IMG/VR virus record: IMGVR_UViG_3300042893_001183
Direction: 5' to 3' (one strand)
DNA: 20,000 nucleotides
DNA from: an uncultured virus (IMG/VR IMGVR_UViG_3300042893_001183)
Taxonomy: Duplodnaviria > Heunggongvirae > Uroviricota > Caudoviricetes
Part shown: positions 1 through 8,876 of the stretch, in pieces
How the letters are laid out: each line of letters starts with the position of its first letter
How positions within the stretch are numbered: position 1 is the stretch's first letter
The notes under the pieces: model-generated
Told to the model about the DNA's origin: nothing
The model's database searches: none
What the model saw: the letters and a program-made list of their open reading frames with translations, nothing else
Translations under genes and position numbers: made by a program

Positions 1-621
1 ACTCATCTGAGATTCATCAGAAATGTTACTTAATATGATTGGAACATATTGTCCTTTAATAAAAGTATATGCCTGTCTTGATGAGAATTTTTGCATAACG
101 ATTTTATTTAATTCGTTAAGCTCCCTCATTCTATTACAAATAATTTTTACACTATAGTTAATATCGACAGGTACTGGCTGTGGTATTGTGTATATATCCA
201 TACCTTGCTCGTTACCATTCCAAGTTGGAACAGATGCATAATAAAATTGTTTTCTATTAGGTATTGTATATAGAAGAGCGGGATTAGTTCCAAATTTAAC
301 TTCAGGACTTCTTACCACCGTAATGAATGGTGGAGAAGGGTTATAATCTAAATCAACAAATAAAGCGGTCTCAACATATTGAGTCCAGTTTTGAGTTGTA
401 ATAATAATATCAACCATAGGTACTACCTTACCTGCGGTTATAACTTCTAAATCCCCCTTAACAAAATCAAGCATACCTCTATCCAAGTCGGCATGTAATA
501 CTGACTTAGGTAGATAAGTTCCATCTTTGTTAATGTATTCCAACAACTGCTCTCTACGAGCAGACAAAGTTTTTTTAGGAACTAACGGCAATGTTGGTTT
601 AACTTGTTTTGGTAATGGCAT
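1..621 (-). CDS. Putative tail terminator / tail completion protein (T4 gp15-like); partial, runs off the window start
   Basis: Not in the ORF track. Manual translation from ATG at 621 gives an open frame of 207 codons to base 1: MPLPKQVKPTLPLVPKK...IPQPVPVDINYSVKIICNRMRELNELNKIVMQKFSSRQAY... The P-x-P-x-x-I-x-Y-x-V-x-I...ELN-x-L...F pattern resembles gp15-like terminators. Starts 2 nt after the stop of the gp14-like gene. Confidence 0.6.
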   Translation of the reverse strand, partial: MPLPKQVKPTLPLVPKKTLSARREQLLEYINKDGTYLPKSVLHADLDRGMLDFVKGDLEVITAGKVVPMVDIIITTQNWTQYVETALFVDLDYNPSPPFITVVRSPEVKFGTNPALLYTIPNRKQFYYASVPTWNGNEQGMDIYTIPQPVPVDINYSVKIICNRMRELNELNKIVMQKFSSRQAYTFIKGQYVPIILSNISDESQMS

Positions 622-623
622 TA

Positions 624-1136
624 TTAAATTCCTCTAAATTCATTTTCACTAACATAAGTGGCAACAATAGTTCTATAAAAAGGTTTGTATCCACCGTAAG
701 TGTGTTTATTGTCTGACTTAACATATCCATCATCAGACACTACATAATATCTAACCCTATCTTCAGATTCATAATATCCAATATAATCACCTTGGAATAT
801 CTCAACTTCCAAATCTACAAGAGTTTTTTGATAAATAGAAAATTTCATATTACCAGGTTCCTGTTGTTCAACTTTAGAATTACCTAATAATTTATGTGCA
901 GGTGCCATAATTTGCACCAACCCTTTAAGTTCAACAGGTGCCAAGAATTGGATTCCGTCTTCAAGTACCTCACCATAAACATCATCTATTTTTGTTTTTT
1001 GTCTATCTACTCTATAAAGAACAATAGTAAAATTCATATCACCTAGCAACCACTCCTCACCCATACCAATGTCGAGCGAATAATCCTCAGCTCCGAAGAA
1101 CTTACCTAATCTTGTAATTGGGACTAACTTTTGCAT
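624..1136 (-). CDS. Putative head-closure / neck protein (T4 gp14-like)
   Basis: ORF 624..1154. The second ATG (1136, MQKLVPITRLGKFFG) is preferred because it lies 6 nt downstream of a TATTTAT motif. 'IVLYRVD...DDVYGE...F..PVEL' and 'GDYIGY...YYVV' resemble head-closure proteins. Adjacent to the gp15-like gene. Confidence 0.55.
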   Translation of the reverse strand: MQKLVPITRLGKFFGAEDYSLDIGMGEEWLLGDMNFTIVLYRVDRQKTKIDDVYGEVLEDGIQFLAPVELKGLVQIMAPAHKLLGNSKVEQQEPGNMKFSIYQKTLVDLEVEIFQGDYIGYYESEDRVRYYVVSDDGYVKSDNKHTYGGYKPFYRTIVATYVSENEFRGI

Positions 1137-1139
1137 ATA

Positions 1140-1170
1140 TTGATAAATACTCAAACATTAACTATATTTA
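1140..1170 (+). promoter_or_regulatory. Candidate Bacteroidota-type (-33/-7) promoter for the helicase
   Basis: TTG (1140-1142)-N20-TATATTTA (1163-1170), compared with the consensus TTTG-N19-21-TAnnTTTG. Lies 21 nt before ATG 1192. Confidence 0.4.
1143..1149 (-). promoter_or_regulatory. TATTTAT motif (candidate phage late promoter)
   Basis: Coding strand reads gagTATTTATcaatatATG. The same heptamer precedes most structural genes in the window. Confidence 0.6.
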
Positions 1171-1191
1171 AATCAAATATTTTTCCTATTA

Positions 1192-2943
1192 ATGGATGCT
1201 AGTTTAGAATCAAAGGCAATGTCTCTCTTGGAGGCTTATGAAGGAGGGAATAACTACCTTATTGAGCTTAAAAGAAAGTCTCAAATAAATAGAAGATTTT
1301 ACCCCACAAGGAGTCAGTCTGAGTATATTATTAATAACCACGACAAACAACCAAAGGTTGCAAAGAAGTGGGTGATACTTGATGCATATTTCGCACAGAA
1401 ACTTGCTGATGATAAACTTATGACCGAAATTCCCGAAAAGGTTTGGGTAGAAAAACTATTAGCAGAAAAAGAAAAGGCGTTCCATATTTGGGGTAAGATA
1501 ACCGAATCAGAACAACTACATGATTTTTGGTTACCTAAAGCAGCAATTATTAAAGACAACACAGTTAAAAACGTTGTAATAAACTATGAAAAATATTCTC
1601 ATCGTCCTCCTCTTGAACATCAAAAAGAAGCTATCCAAAAATTGGTTGAAAATAAAAAATTCATACTTGCAGATGATATGGGTCTTGGAAAGACTACTTC
1701 TACTATTATAGCAGCATTAGAATCAGGTTCCAAGAAAGTATTAATTATTTGTCCAGCAACTTTAAAAATTAACTGGAAAAGAGAGATTGAAAATTATTCA
1801 GACAAACCAGTTTATATCGCTGAAGGTAAAAACTTTAGTACGGATGCTGACTTTGTAATAATAAACTATGATATTATAAAAAATTTCCATGATACAAAAA
1901 AGAAAGGCGAATCGCAAATTCTTGATGCCAATTTTGATTTGGTGGTCGTTGATGAAGCACACTATATCAAAAACGCTACAGCCCAAAGAACAAAATTAAT
2001 TAACGACCTCGTTAAGAAAGTAGACCGACTTTGGTTACTAACAGGAACACCAATGACATCAAGACCAATTGATTATTTCAATTTGTTAAGTTTAATTGAA
2101 TCTCCTGTGGCAAAAAACTGGATGGCTTACGCTATCAGATATTGTCAAGGATACCAATTCAATGTTGGTGGAAGAAAAGTGTGGAATGTTATGGGAGCTT
2201 CAAATCTTGAAGAATTAAGAGACAGGACCACAGGACTTACATTAAGAAGACTTAAAGAAAATGTTCTTGATTTACCAGATAAAATAATCACACCAGTATA
2301 TCTTAGATTAAAATCTAAAATGTATGAAGAAATAATGGGTGAGTATTATGATTGGTATGATAAAAATCCAGAAGAATCAAAATCACTTACAGTTCAATTT
2401 ACCAAACTAACTAAGATACGACAAGTTATTGCCGACGAGAAGATTGCTCAAACAATAGAACTTGCGGAAAACATTGTTGAACAGGGAAAGAAAGTAATCA
2501 TCTTTTGTAACTTTACTGACTCACTTAATAAGATATGTGAACACTTTGGTAAAACTGCGGTTAAGTTAGATGGGTCAATGTCAAAACCCGAAAGACAACA
2601 TAGCGTTGACGGATTCCAAGAAAATGATAAAGTTAAAGTATTTGTTGGTAATATTAAAGCGGCAGGTGTCGGACTTACTCTCACCGCTGGTGAGGCAGTT
2701 ATTATGAACGACTTATCATTCTTACCATCAGACCACGCCCAAGCAGAAGACCGAGCTTACAGATACGGTCAAAAAAACAATGTATTAGTTTACTACCCCA
2801 TATTCGAAAACACAATCGAAGGAATTATCTACGACATATTAAATAATAAAAAACAAGTGATTGCCACAGTTATGGGGGACAATCAAAATACGGCCGATGC
2901 TGCCGAAGAAATTTTGAATAGAATTAATGAAATGCGTCGTTAA
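1192..2943 (+). CDS. SNF2-family (SMARCAL1/HARP-like) helicase/ATPase
   Basis: 583 aa. Motif I ADDMGLGKT, Ia IICPATL..NW..EI, II DEAH, III LTGTP, V AAGVGLTL, VI QAEDRAYRYGQ. Confidence 0.93.
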   Translation: MDASLESKAMSLLEAYEGGNNYLIELKRKSQINRRFYPTRSQSEYIINNHDKQPKVAKKWVILDAYFAQKLADDKLMTEIPEKVWVEKLLAEKEKAFHIWGKITESEQLHDFWLPKAAIIKDNTVKNVVINYEKYSHRPPLEHQKEAIQKLVENKKFILADDMGLGKTTSTIIAALESGSKKVLIICPATLKINWKREIENYSDKPVYIAEGKNFSTDADFVIINYDIIKNFHDTKKKGESQILDANFDLVVVDEAHYIKNATAQRTKLINDLVKKVDRLWLLTGTPMTSRPIDYFNLLSLIESPVAKNWMAYAIRYCQGYQFNVGGRKVWNVMGASNLEELRDRTTGLTLRRLKENVLDLPDKIITPVYLRLKSKMYEEIMGEYYDWYDKNPEESKSLTVQFTKLTKIRQVIADEKIAQTIELAENIVEQGKKVIIFCNFTDSLNKICEHFGKTAVKLDGSMSKPERQHSVDGFQENDKVKVFVGNIKAAGVGLTLTAGEAVIMNDLSFLPSDHAQAEDRAYRYGQKNNVLVYYPIFENTIEGIIYDILNNKKQVIATVMGDNQNTADAAEEILNRINEMRR

Positions 2944-2951
2944 AGAAAATC

Positions 2952-2980
2952 TGGATTATTTATATGAAATGGATAATCCA
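2952..2980 (+). promoter_or_regulatory. Inverted repeat overlapping a TATTTAT motif upstream of the SOD gene
   Basis: TGGATTAT (2952-2959) and ATAATCCA (2973-2980) form a perfect 8-bp inverted repeat. TATTTAT is at 2957-2963 and the ATG at 2986. Confidence 0.45.
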
Positions 2981-2985
2981 AAATT

Positions 2986-4524
2986 ATGAAAAAAATAAAA
3001 GAGAAAATCCAACAACTCGAAACACAAATACTTGAAAACCACATCACAAAAGAAAAAGAGTTGTTGATTAACGAAATGAAAAAAATAGGAATAGAAAAAT
3101 TACCCTATTCTTACTCAGCCCTGAAACAGTTTATTGACCCCGAGACAATGAACTTTCACTATAACAAACATTATAAGGGATATGTGGATAAATTGAATGA
3201 CGCTTTAAATAAAAAGAAATACGGGGATTTAGAGTTAGAACAAATAATCAAAACAATAAGTCGTTTTGATAAGACAATAAGAAACAACGCAGGAGGAGCA
3301 TTTAACCACGCATTGTTTTGGAATATGTTAACACCAACTCCAAAGAAATTAGAAGGAGAATTACTTAAAAAAATCACAAAACAATTCGGAAGTTTCACTG
3401 CGTTCAAGAAACAATTTGATACTGTTGCCAAAGATAGATTCGGTTCAGGGTGGGTATGGTTAGTCCTTACTGCCAAGAACACATTAAAGATTATGTCGAC
3501 TCCAAATCAAGACAATCCTTTAATGAATGTGATTGAAGGTGGTGGGTTTCCAATATTAGGGTTAGACTTATGGGAACACGCTTACTACTTGAAGTATAGA
3601 AACAAGCGAGACGAATATATTGTTAACTTTTGGAAAGTTGTAAACTGGGAATTTGTTTCCAAGTTATATGAAATGAAAACGGAAACTAAATTAGTAGAAT
3701 CCGTTAAGTTAGAAAAGTTGATAACAGAATCCAAAGAGGCAAAATTTTGTGACGCCAAGGAAGTTCAATTCTACAGAGAACTTATTAATAATTCAAACAT
3801 TAAGAGAATATACCAAGACGGAGTAACTAATGCTTTAAAAGAAGTGTTTAGTCAATTTTGGGTTGATAGTACAAATAAAGAAATGTCAGGGTTTTATGGA
3901 TTAGAGTCTAAAGAAGGAAGGTCTATTTTAAATAACCTAAACACAAACTTCAACACTTTTTGTTTATTAACCAAAGCAATTAATACTCAAATTGAAAAAA
4001 TAGGTAGACCTGAAAAGAAATTTGATTTTTCTAAAAAAGAAAATAGAACCATTAAAGAGATTAACAGATTAATGAATGCGTTGTATCATTTCAAAACAGA
4101 AATATTCACAAAAAACAACGAGGAGTTTATTAACATAATTAAAGTATTAAAAAAATTGTGGGATAGAGGACAAAAATCTGAAGATGATGTTTTAATTAAA
4201 ATTGAAAAATATTTTGGGGATTCCGCAAAACTTGAAAAGACTGGAGGACATGGTCAAAAAACCGACGCACTCCTTGGTGTTGATTTAACAATTACTTTAA
4301 ATGAAACAAGATATACCGCTCAGGTTAAACCATTTTCAAGAATAATAAACGAAGATGGAAAAATTACTGTAAAAGATACAGGAAATGTTAAACCGTACGA
4401 TGTTGATTGGTTGATATTTATTAATACAAAATCAAACGAGATTTTGATTTTTGAAAACAACCCGATTAAAAATCATAATCAATATGTGTTTAATGAGAGT
4501 TCATTAATTCATAAAATAGAATAG
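2986..4524 (+). CDS. sodA: Fe/Mn superoxide dismutase (Mn-type signatures) fused to a C-terminal PD-(D/E)xK-like domain
   Basis: aa ~36-229: LPYSYSAL..IDPETMNFHYNKHYKGY, NNAGGAFNHALFW, FGSGWVWL, PNQDNP, LDLWEHAYY. All four metal ligands are present, and GG and QD are Mn-type signatures. The ~280-aa C-terminal extension has G395xxxE399...GVD433...Q446VK448. Confidence 0.88.
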   Translation: MKKIKEKIQQLETQILENHITKEKELLINEMKKIGIEKLPYSYSALKQFIDPETMNFHYNKHYKGYVDKLNDALNKKKYGDLELEQIIKTISRFDKTIRNNAGGAFNHALFWNMLTPTPKKLEGELLKKITKQFGSFTAFKKQFDTVAKDRFGSGWVWLVLTAKNTLKIMSTPNQDNPLMNVIEGGGFPILGLDLWEHAYYLKYRNKRDEYIVNFWKVVNWEFVSKLYEMKTETKLVESVKLEKLITESKEAKFCDAKEVQFYRELINNSNIKRIYQDGVTNALKEVFSQFWVDSTNKEMSGFYGLESKEGRSILNNLNTNFNTFCLLTKAINTQIEKIGRPEKKFDFSKKENRTIKEINRLMNALYHFKTEIFTKNNEEFINIIKVLKKLWDRGQKSEDDVLIKIEKYFGDSAKLEKTGGHGQKTDALLGVDLTITLNETRYTAQVKPFSRIINEDGKITVKDTGNVKPYDVDWLIFINTKSNEILIFENNPIKNHNQYVFNESSLIHKIE

Positions 4525-4530
4525 TTAAGA

Positions 4531-4537
4531 TATTTAT
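4531..4537 (+). promoter_or_regulatory. TATTTAT motif (candidate late promoter)
   Basis: gaTATTTATtgacATG, 4 nt before the neck gene start at 4542. Confidence 0.6.
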
Positions 4538-4541
4538 TGAC

Positions 4542-5666
4542 ATGGCAGTATTACCAGAACCAGAAAGAAGTAGGATATATACGAGAATCAAACATCAGTT
4601 AGGTGCACCACTAAGAAGTGTTGAACTTGAAGATGAGATGATGGATTCGTTAATGGAATTAGCAATTGGGGATTACGAAGAGTATATCCTACAATGGTTA
4701 ATTGATTCTCAATGGGTTAACTTAGTTAACTTGAATATGAATGAAAGGTCTGTTGCAAGAGCGTTAGTTACAAGAACTATGGATTTTGAACAACAGTTTA
4801 GCTATTCATATTCCAAAATTGTTGGTCTTCAAACTGAAGGTCCGTGGGTTTTAAAGAAAGATTATTTTGTTCTTGAAAAAAATGTTCAAACATATGAAAT
4901 TCCTGCAGGTAGAGAGGTTAACGAACTATTATGGTTTAGTGACCAACCTTGGACAGCATTTGGAATAGGTGGTATGGCTGGTGGTTTTGGTGGTATTGGT
5001 TTAGGTGCCGACCAAGCGGGATTCGCCCAAATGGGTAATCAAGGTTCTTATTTTATGATGTCAGGGTTTGATTACTTAATTAGAATGCAAGAATCAAATA
5101 TTCTTAATAGAATATTGGGAGGTTCAATGACATATAGAATAACAGGATTACCTGACGGTAAAAAGTTAATTCACCTAATGAACACTCCTGGCGGCAAATT
5201 TAATTGGTCTAGTTATAGTCAATATGTTGGTAAAGCCGTATGGTATTGGTATTATGATGTTGAGCCTGATAGTAGAGCAGATTGTCTCAAAAACAATCCT
5301 GATATTATTAAATTACCTACAGATGTTCCAATCGAATCACTTAGTTGGGAGGACTTAAATGTCCCTGGTCAACAATGGGTAAGAAGATGGTTTACAGCTT
5401 ATTGTAAAGAAACTTTAGCGAGAGTTAGAGGTAAGTATAGTGGTAACTTAAAAACACCTGATTCTGAAATTATAATGGATTATCAGAGTTTACTTACTGA
5501 AGCTAAAGACGAAAAAACCAAACTTATTGATGAACTTACAGGTGCTGAAGGATGGTTGACAAGAATGAGACCCGATAAAGTAATGGAACGAGAAGCGTTA
5601 ATCGCAGAAAATTTGAACAAACAAATGAAGTTCAGAGCAATGCCTCGTCAAATATATGTAATTTAA
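4542..5666 (+). CDS. Neck / head-tail adaptor protein (T4 gp13-like)
   Basis: N-terminal IKHQLGAPLRSVELEDE and C-terminal WVRRWFTAYCKETLARVRGKYSGNLKTPDSEIIMDYQSLLTEAKDEK match the characteristic LGAP..xVEL and WV..Y..A..K...G...P......L..EA..E segments of gp13. Confidence 0.8.
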   Translation: MAVLPEPERSRIYTRIKHQLGAPLRSVELEDEMMDSLMELAIGDYEEYILQWLIDSQWVNLVNLNMNERSVARALVTRTMDFEQQFSYSYSKIVGLQTEGPWVLKKDYFVLEKNVQTYEIPAGREVNELLWFSDQPWTAFGIGGMAGGFGGIGLGADQAGFAQMGNQGSYFMMSGFDYLIRMQESNILNRILGGSMTYRITGLPDGKKLIHLMNTPGGKFNWSSYSQYVGKAVWYWYYDVEPDSRADCLKNNPDIIKLPTDVPIESLSWEDLNVPGQQWVRRWFTAYCKETLARVRGKYSGNLKTPDSEIIMDYQSLLTEAKDEKTKLIDELTGAEGWLTRMRPDKVMEREALIAENLNKQMKFRAMPRQIYVI

Positions 5667-5670
5667 TTTT

Positions 5671-6006
5671 ATGGCAATAATAAAAACAATACCATCAAGA
5701 AAGGTAATCAACGGGTTTGTTGTAGACACCTCAGAAATTTCTATAGTATCTGAATCAGAATATAAAACAAACGGTGAATCCTGTATTGTGATTAAAGGAG
5801 TTTCTGACTCTACAGTTATTTTAGATTCTACAACTACAGACCATATTGTTGTTAAATCAATGACAAGACTTACAATCAAACCAGACATCGGTAAAATTGA
5901 TGAAGACTATGACGAAATAGTCGCTGATAAGTACGCTTGTATTGAATTTAGATTTATGGGTGGAAGTTGGTATATTCTATCATCAGACGGTTTGAAGCAA
6001 TCCTAA
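5671..6006 (+). CDS. Small beta-rich protein, possibly T4 gp9/gp10-like baseplate/fibre-connector domain
   Basis: 111 aa, 4 nt after the gp13-like stop. Pattern TVIL....HIVVK....TI....GKID....I....IEF.F.GGSWYI is typical of that small structural domain. Confidence 0.4.
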   Translation: MAIIKTIPSRKVINGFVVDTSEISIVSESEYKTNGESCIVIKGVSDSTVILDSTTTDHIVVKSMTRLTIKPDIGKIDEDYDEIVADKYACIEFRFMGGSWYILSSDGLKQS

Positions 6007-8781
6007 TTTTTCTTTCCAACCCTCTTCGGCTAAGTGGTACATATAAAAAGGATTTAACCCTCTTTTTGCCCAATAACTTAATTCCTGTTCGGTAATATCC
6101 AAAACATCTTCTTGTAATTTATCTTGGGAACCTTCATCTAATGGGTGACCGTTGATAAGTTCACACTGAGTTGTTGTAAAAATACCTCTATCTGCAGGGT
6201 CATTAACAATTAAAGCATTTCTAACCTCATCTTTAAAGACGACCATTAAAGGTTCAATTCTTTTATTAAATGTTGCAATTGCTCTTGGTACATTATAATC
6301 ACCAGTTAAATCAGGGTCATTATCTAATATATCTTTATCCAACATATAACAGTTTACCATAACACCATCAGTTACAGGTTTTGATTTAGGATTCATAAGG
6401 GCGTTATAAGCATTCGTATCTTTAATTTGTTTTACAGTCATCTTTTGAACATCTCCTTGAGATGACTTAGTTCCGTTGTTAACATACAAAATAACATCAC
6501 CTAAATTTACATTTAAATTATTTTTTAATGCTAATTCCATGTGAGCCATTCTACTCATACTATTACCAGATTTAGTCTTTGTAGTTAACCTTTTAGTATA
6601 ATCATCAAGACTTAATTTAACTTTAGCTCTCTGAGCAATCTTACTTAATGGAATCTTTTTGTCAAATATGATTTGAAGATATTCATAATAATATTCAACA
6701 AATGCCTTACCATCACCTTGTAATAACATTTTAATACCCTTATCTAAAAACGTTTCAATATACAATGGAAGTTTCTTCGATTTAATACTATTACCTGTTA
6801 ACTTAATTTTACCCTTGGAATCCATAACGGCATAGTTCTTACGAGCCAAGTTAATACAAGACGGCCATACCCCATCGGTATCAAGAGCCATCTCACCTCT
6901 CATAAAGATATCGTTATACTCCGCAACATCAGCCTCAGGTCCATAATATTCTTTACCTAATTCAACCTTCCAATTCAAACCACGACCAACATAAACTCGG
7001 TCTTTTGCCTCATCAGGAGTCGAGAAGTTTACACCATCCGTATCCATTACCAATGGAACATATCCCTTGGTCATAAAGAATCTAATCATCTGACGAAGAT
7101 ATTGTCTACCTGTACAAGTGATTTGTTCTCCCATATACATGTCACCCCAAGCAAATACTTGTGGAGCGGACAACGCACCAAACATCGAGTTAATGAAAAT
7201 CTTAATCGGTAATTGTTTATTACCATATGATTCAGATTTCTTACGGTCAACATTATAAAACTCTTCGGCAAGTTGTTTGTATTTGATACGGGTGTTACGG
7301 AAATAACTTAACATTCCTTTCATTGCGCCTGTAACATCACAGTCAGGGAATACATCGTGTACTAATTGAATAGAAGGGTATAGAGACGAGAAATCGAGCT
7401 TAAGTACGTTCTTACTATAACCAACTTTAAGTAGTCGAGAAAGACCTCCTACGAAGTCTGTCTTGGATTCTTTGGCAGGTATTGCAAGTCCATGTTTATA
7501 AGACCAAGCCAACATTAACATTTTCCATAATGTTGCGGTACCCATTGTGGATACTCTTTCATATGTTGTTGGAATCATCGCAGCCAACAAGAACGAACCT
7601 TGGTTAAACTCTTGGTCAACCTTTAGAGTTTCATCTAAGTCATCATCAAGATACATCTCAACTAACTTGTCACCAGCAATCTGATTATAAACATCTGAAC
7701 GTTTAGAACAAGCGTCATCAATCTTAGAATCAACACCGACTTTCTTGTACTTACCGTTTTGAGTATTTAACCAATAATTTTCTTTCTTTGTATAGAATGG
7801 TCCAATATCTGAATGGTCAATGTATACACGGTCAGGTGCTTCGGCATTAATGAATTGGGTAATGTATTTCAAACCCGCAGCTTTAATACTTGAATTAATT
7901 GCCTGAGCTCTACGAACGGCATGAATAATATCAATAACGTTGTAACCCCAAATAGAAGTCTGAGTAAAGTTCTCAACCTCATTGGCAAGTTTTAACATAC
8001 TATCTTTTCTTGTGAAAGAATGTTCAGGGTGTAATGATTTACAAATCTTCTTTGGGTCAATATTTAAGATTCTACATCTTTCGAATATCCAATGCCAGTC
8101 GAAGTTTGCTGAATTATACCCACCAATAATACTCGGCTTAAGTTCATTAATCACGTTGAAAAATTCAATGATGGCATTTCTCTCTTCAGATTCATCCATA
8201 CATTCAATCACTTTGTGATAACCTTTATTAGTTTTAATTCCAATCATGAAGATACGACCGTCCTTAGGTTCAAGTGCAGTCGTCTCTAAGTCAAATACAA
8301 GACGAGTAACCTCTTCATAGTTTTCAAAACCTTTGAATAGTCTTTTTTCTTTTGAAATTAAATATTGTTCTACAGGAGGTAGAACCATCACCTTATCTTT
8401 AGTATTATCTCCCCATGGGTCACACCCACCTTCTCTAAAGAATTGGATTAGTTCTCTATAACCTTTTAAGGATTTAACCATAAAAGTCATACCCTTTTGT
8501 AATCTCTCATTACCATGGGTTTCTAACTTTTCAATCATGATACCATGTTTGGTCATAGCATCTTTCTGAGCTGCTTTTGAACCATTATAAAAGTTAATCT
8601 CACGCAAGTCACCAACCCACGCAAATGGTGTGAATGTATCTTTTCGGATTTCTTTTCCTTTACCAGGGATTTCTTTGATTTTGTAAATGCAGTTCTCGCG
8701 ATAGTCGTATTCGATAGCGACTATAAATTCTTCGGGGTCGTTTCCATGTAGGAACGATTCAATATCTTGGTCTGTAAACAT
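5983..8781 (-). CDS. polB: Family B DNA polymerase with 3'-5' exonuclease
   Basis: 932 aa. ExoI FDLETT, ExoII GYNSANFDW, ExoIII YLDDD, motif A LDFSSLYPSI, motif B KIFINSMFG, motif C MDTDG, then ARKNYA and KSKK. No intein is evident. Confidence 0.95.
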   Translation of the reverse strand: MFTDQDIESFLHGNDPEEFIVAIEYDYRENCIYKIKEIPGKGKEIRKDTFTPFAWVGDLREINFYNGSKAAQKDAMTKHGIMIEKLETHGNERLQKGMTFMVKSLKGYRELIQFFREGGCDPWGDNTKDKVMVLPPVEQYLISKEKRLFKGFENYEEVTRLVFDLETTALEPKDGRIFMIGIKTNKGYHKVIECMDESEERNAIIEFFNVINELKPSIIGGYNSANFDWHWIFERCRILNIDPKKICKSLHPEHSFTRKDSMLKLANEVENFTQTSIWGYNVIDIIHAVRRAQAINSSIKAAGLKYITQFINAEAPDRVYIDHSDIGPFYTKKENYWLNTQNGKYKKVGVDSKIDDACSKRSDVYNQIAGDKLVEMYLDDDLDETLKVDQEFNQGSFLLAAMIPTTYERVSTMGTATLWKMLMLAWSYKHGLAIPAKESKTDFVGGLSRLLKVGYSKNVLKLDFSSLYPSIQLVHDVFPDCDVTGAMKGMLSYFRNTRIKYKQLAEEFYNVDRKKSESYGNKQLPIKIFINSMFGALSAPQVFAWGDMYMGEQITCTGRQYLRQMIRFFMTKGYVPLVMDTDGVNFSTPDEAKDRVYVGRGLNWKVELGKEYYGPEADVAEYNDIFMRGEMALDTDGVWPSCINLARKNYAVMDSKGKIKLTGNSIKSKKLPLYIETFLDKGIKMLLQGDGKAFVEYYYEYLQIIFDKKIPLSKIAQRAKVKLSLDDYTKRLTTKTKSGNSMSRMAHMELALKNNLNVNLGDVILYVNNGTKSSQGDVQKMTVKQIKDTNAYNALMNPKSKPVTDGVMVNCYMLDKDILDNDPDLTGDYNVPRAIATFNKRIEPLMVVFKDEVRNALIVNDPADRGIFTTTQCELINGHPLDEGSQDKLQEDVLDITEQELSYWAKRGLNPFYMYHLAEEGWKEKLGLLQTV

Positions 8782-8847
8782 ATGTAATATACGAGTGGTT
8801 TATTGGCAATCACATTATTGTGAAGTTTACCTTACTCATCTTACATA
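8781..8847 (-). promoter_or_regulatory. Structured 5' leader (nested hairpin) of the polB mRNA
   Basis: mRNA: UAUGUAA-G-AUGAGU-AA-GGUAA-ACU-UCACA-[AUAA]-UGUGA-UUGCC-AAUAAACC-ACUCGU-AUA-UUACAUA(UG). Four nested helices end at the A of the start codon. Confidence 0.55.
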
Positions 8848-8876
8848 AATATAGAAAATTAAATTGGTTAATCAAA
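8847..8876 (-). promoter_or_regulatory. Candidate Bacteroidota-type promoter for polB (also contains TATTTAT at 8845-8851)
   Basis: Minus strand TTTG-attaaccaatttaattttc(19 nt)-TATATTTA, one mismatch to TTTG-N19-21-TAnnTTTG. Confidence 0.45.

Noticed and set aside
1137..1154. Longest-ORF start at 1154 for the gp14-like gene
   Set aside because: The extension overlaps the TATTTAT motif. ATG 1136 fits the spacing seen at other genes.
2952..2980. Canonical Fur box upstream of sod
   Set aside because: Only one GATAAT hexamer, and the spacing does not fit the 19-bp Fur consensus. Kept only as a generic palindrome.
5983..8781. Intein or intron in polB (or in the helicase)
   Set aside because: Motifs are normally spaced, with no C...HN splice junctions, LAGLIDADG motifs or frame breaks.
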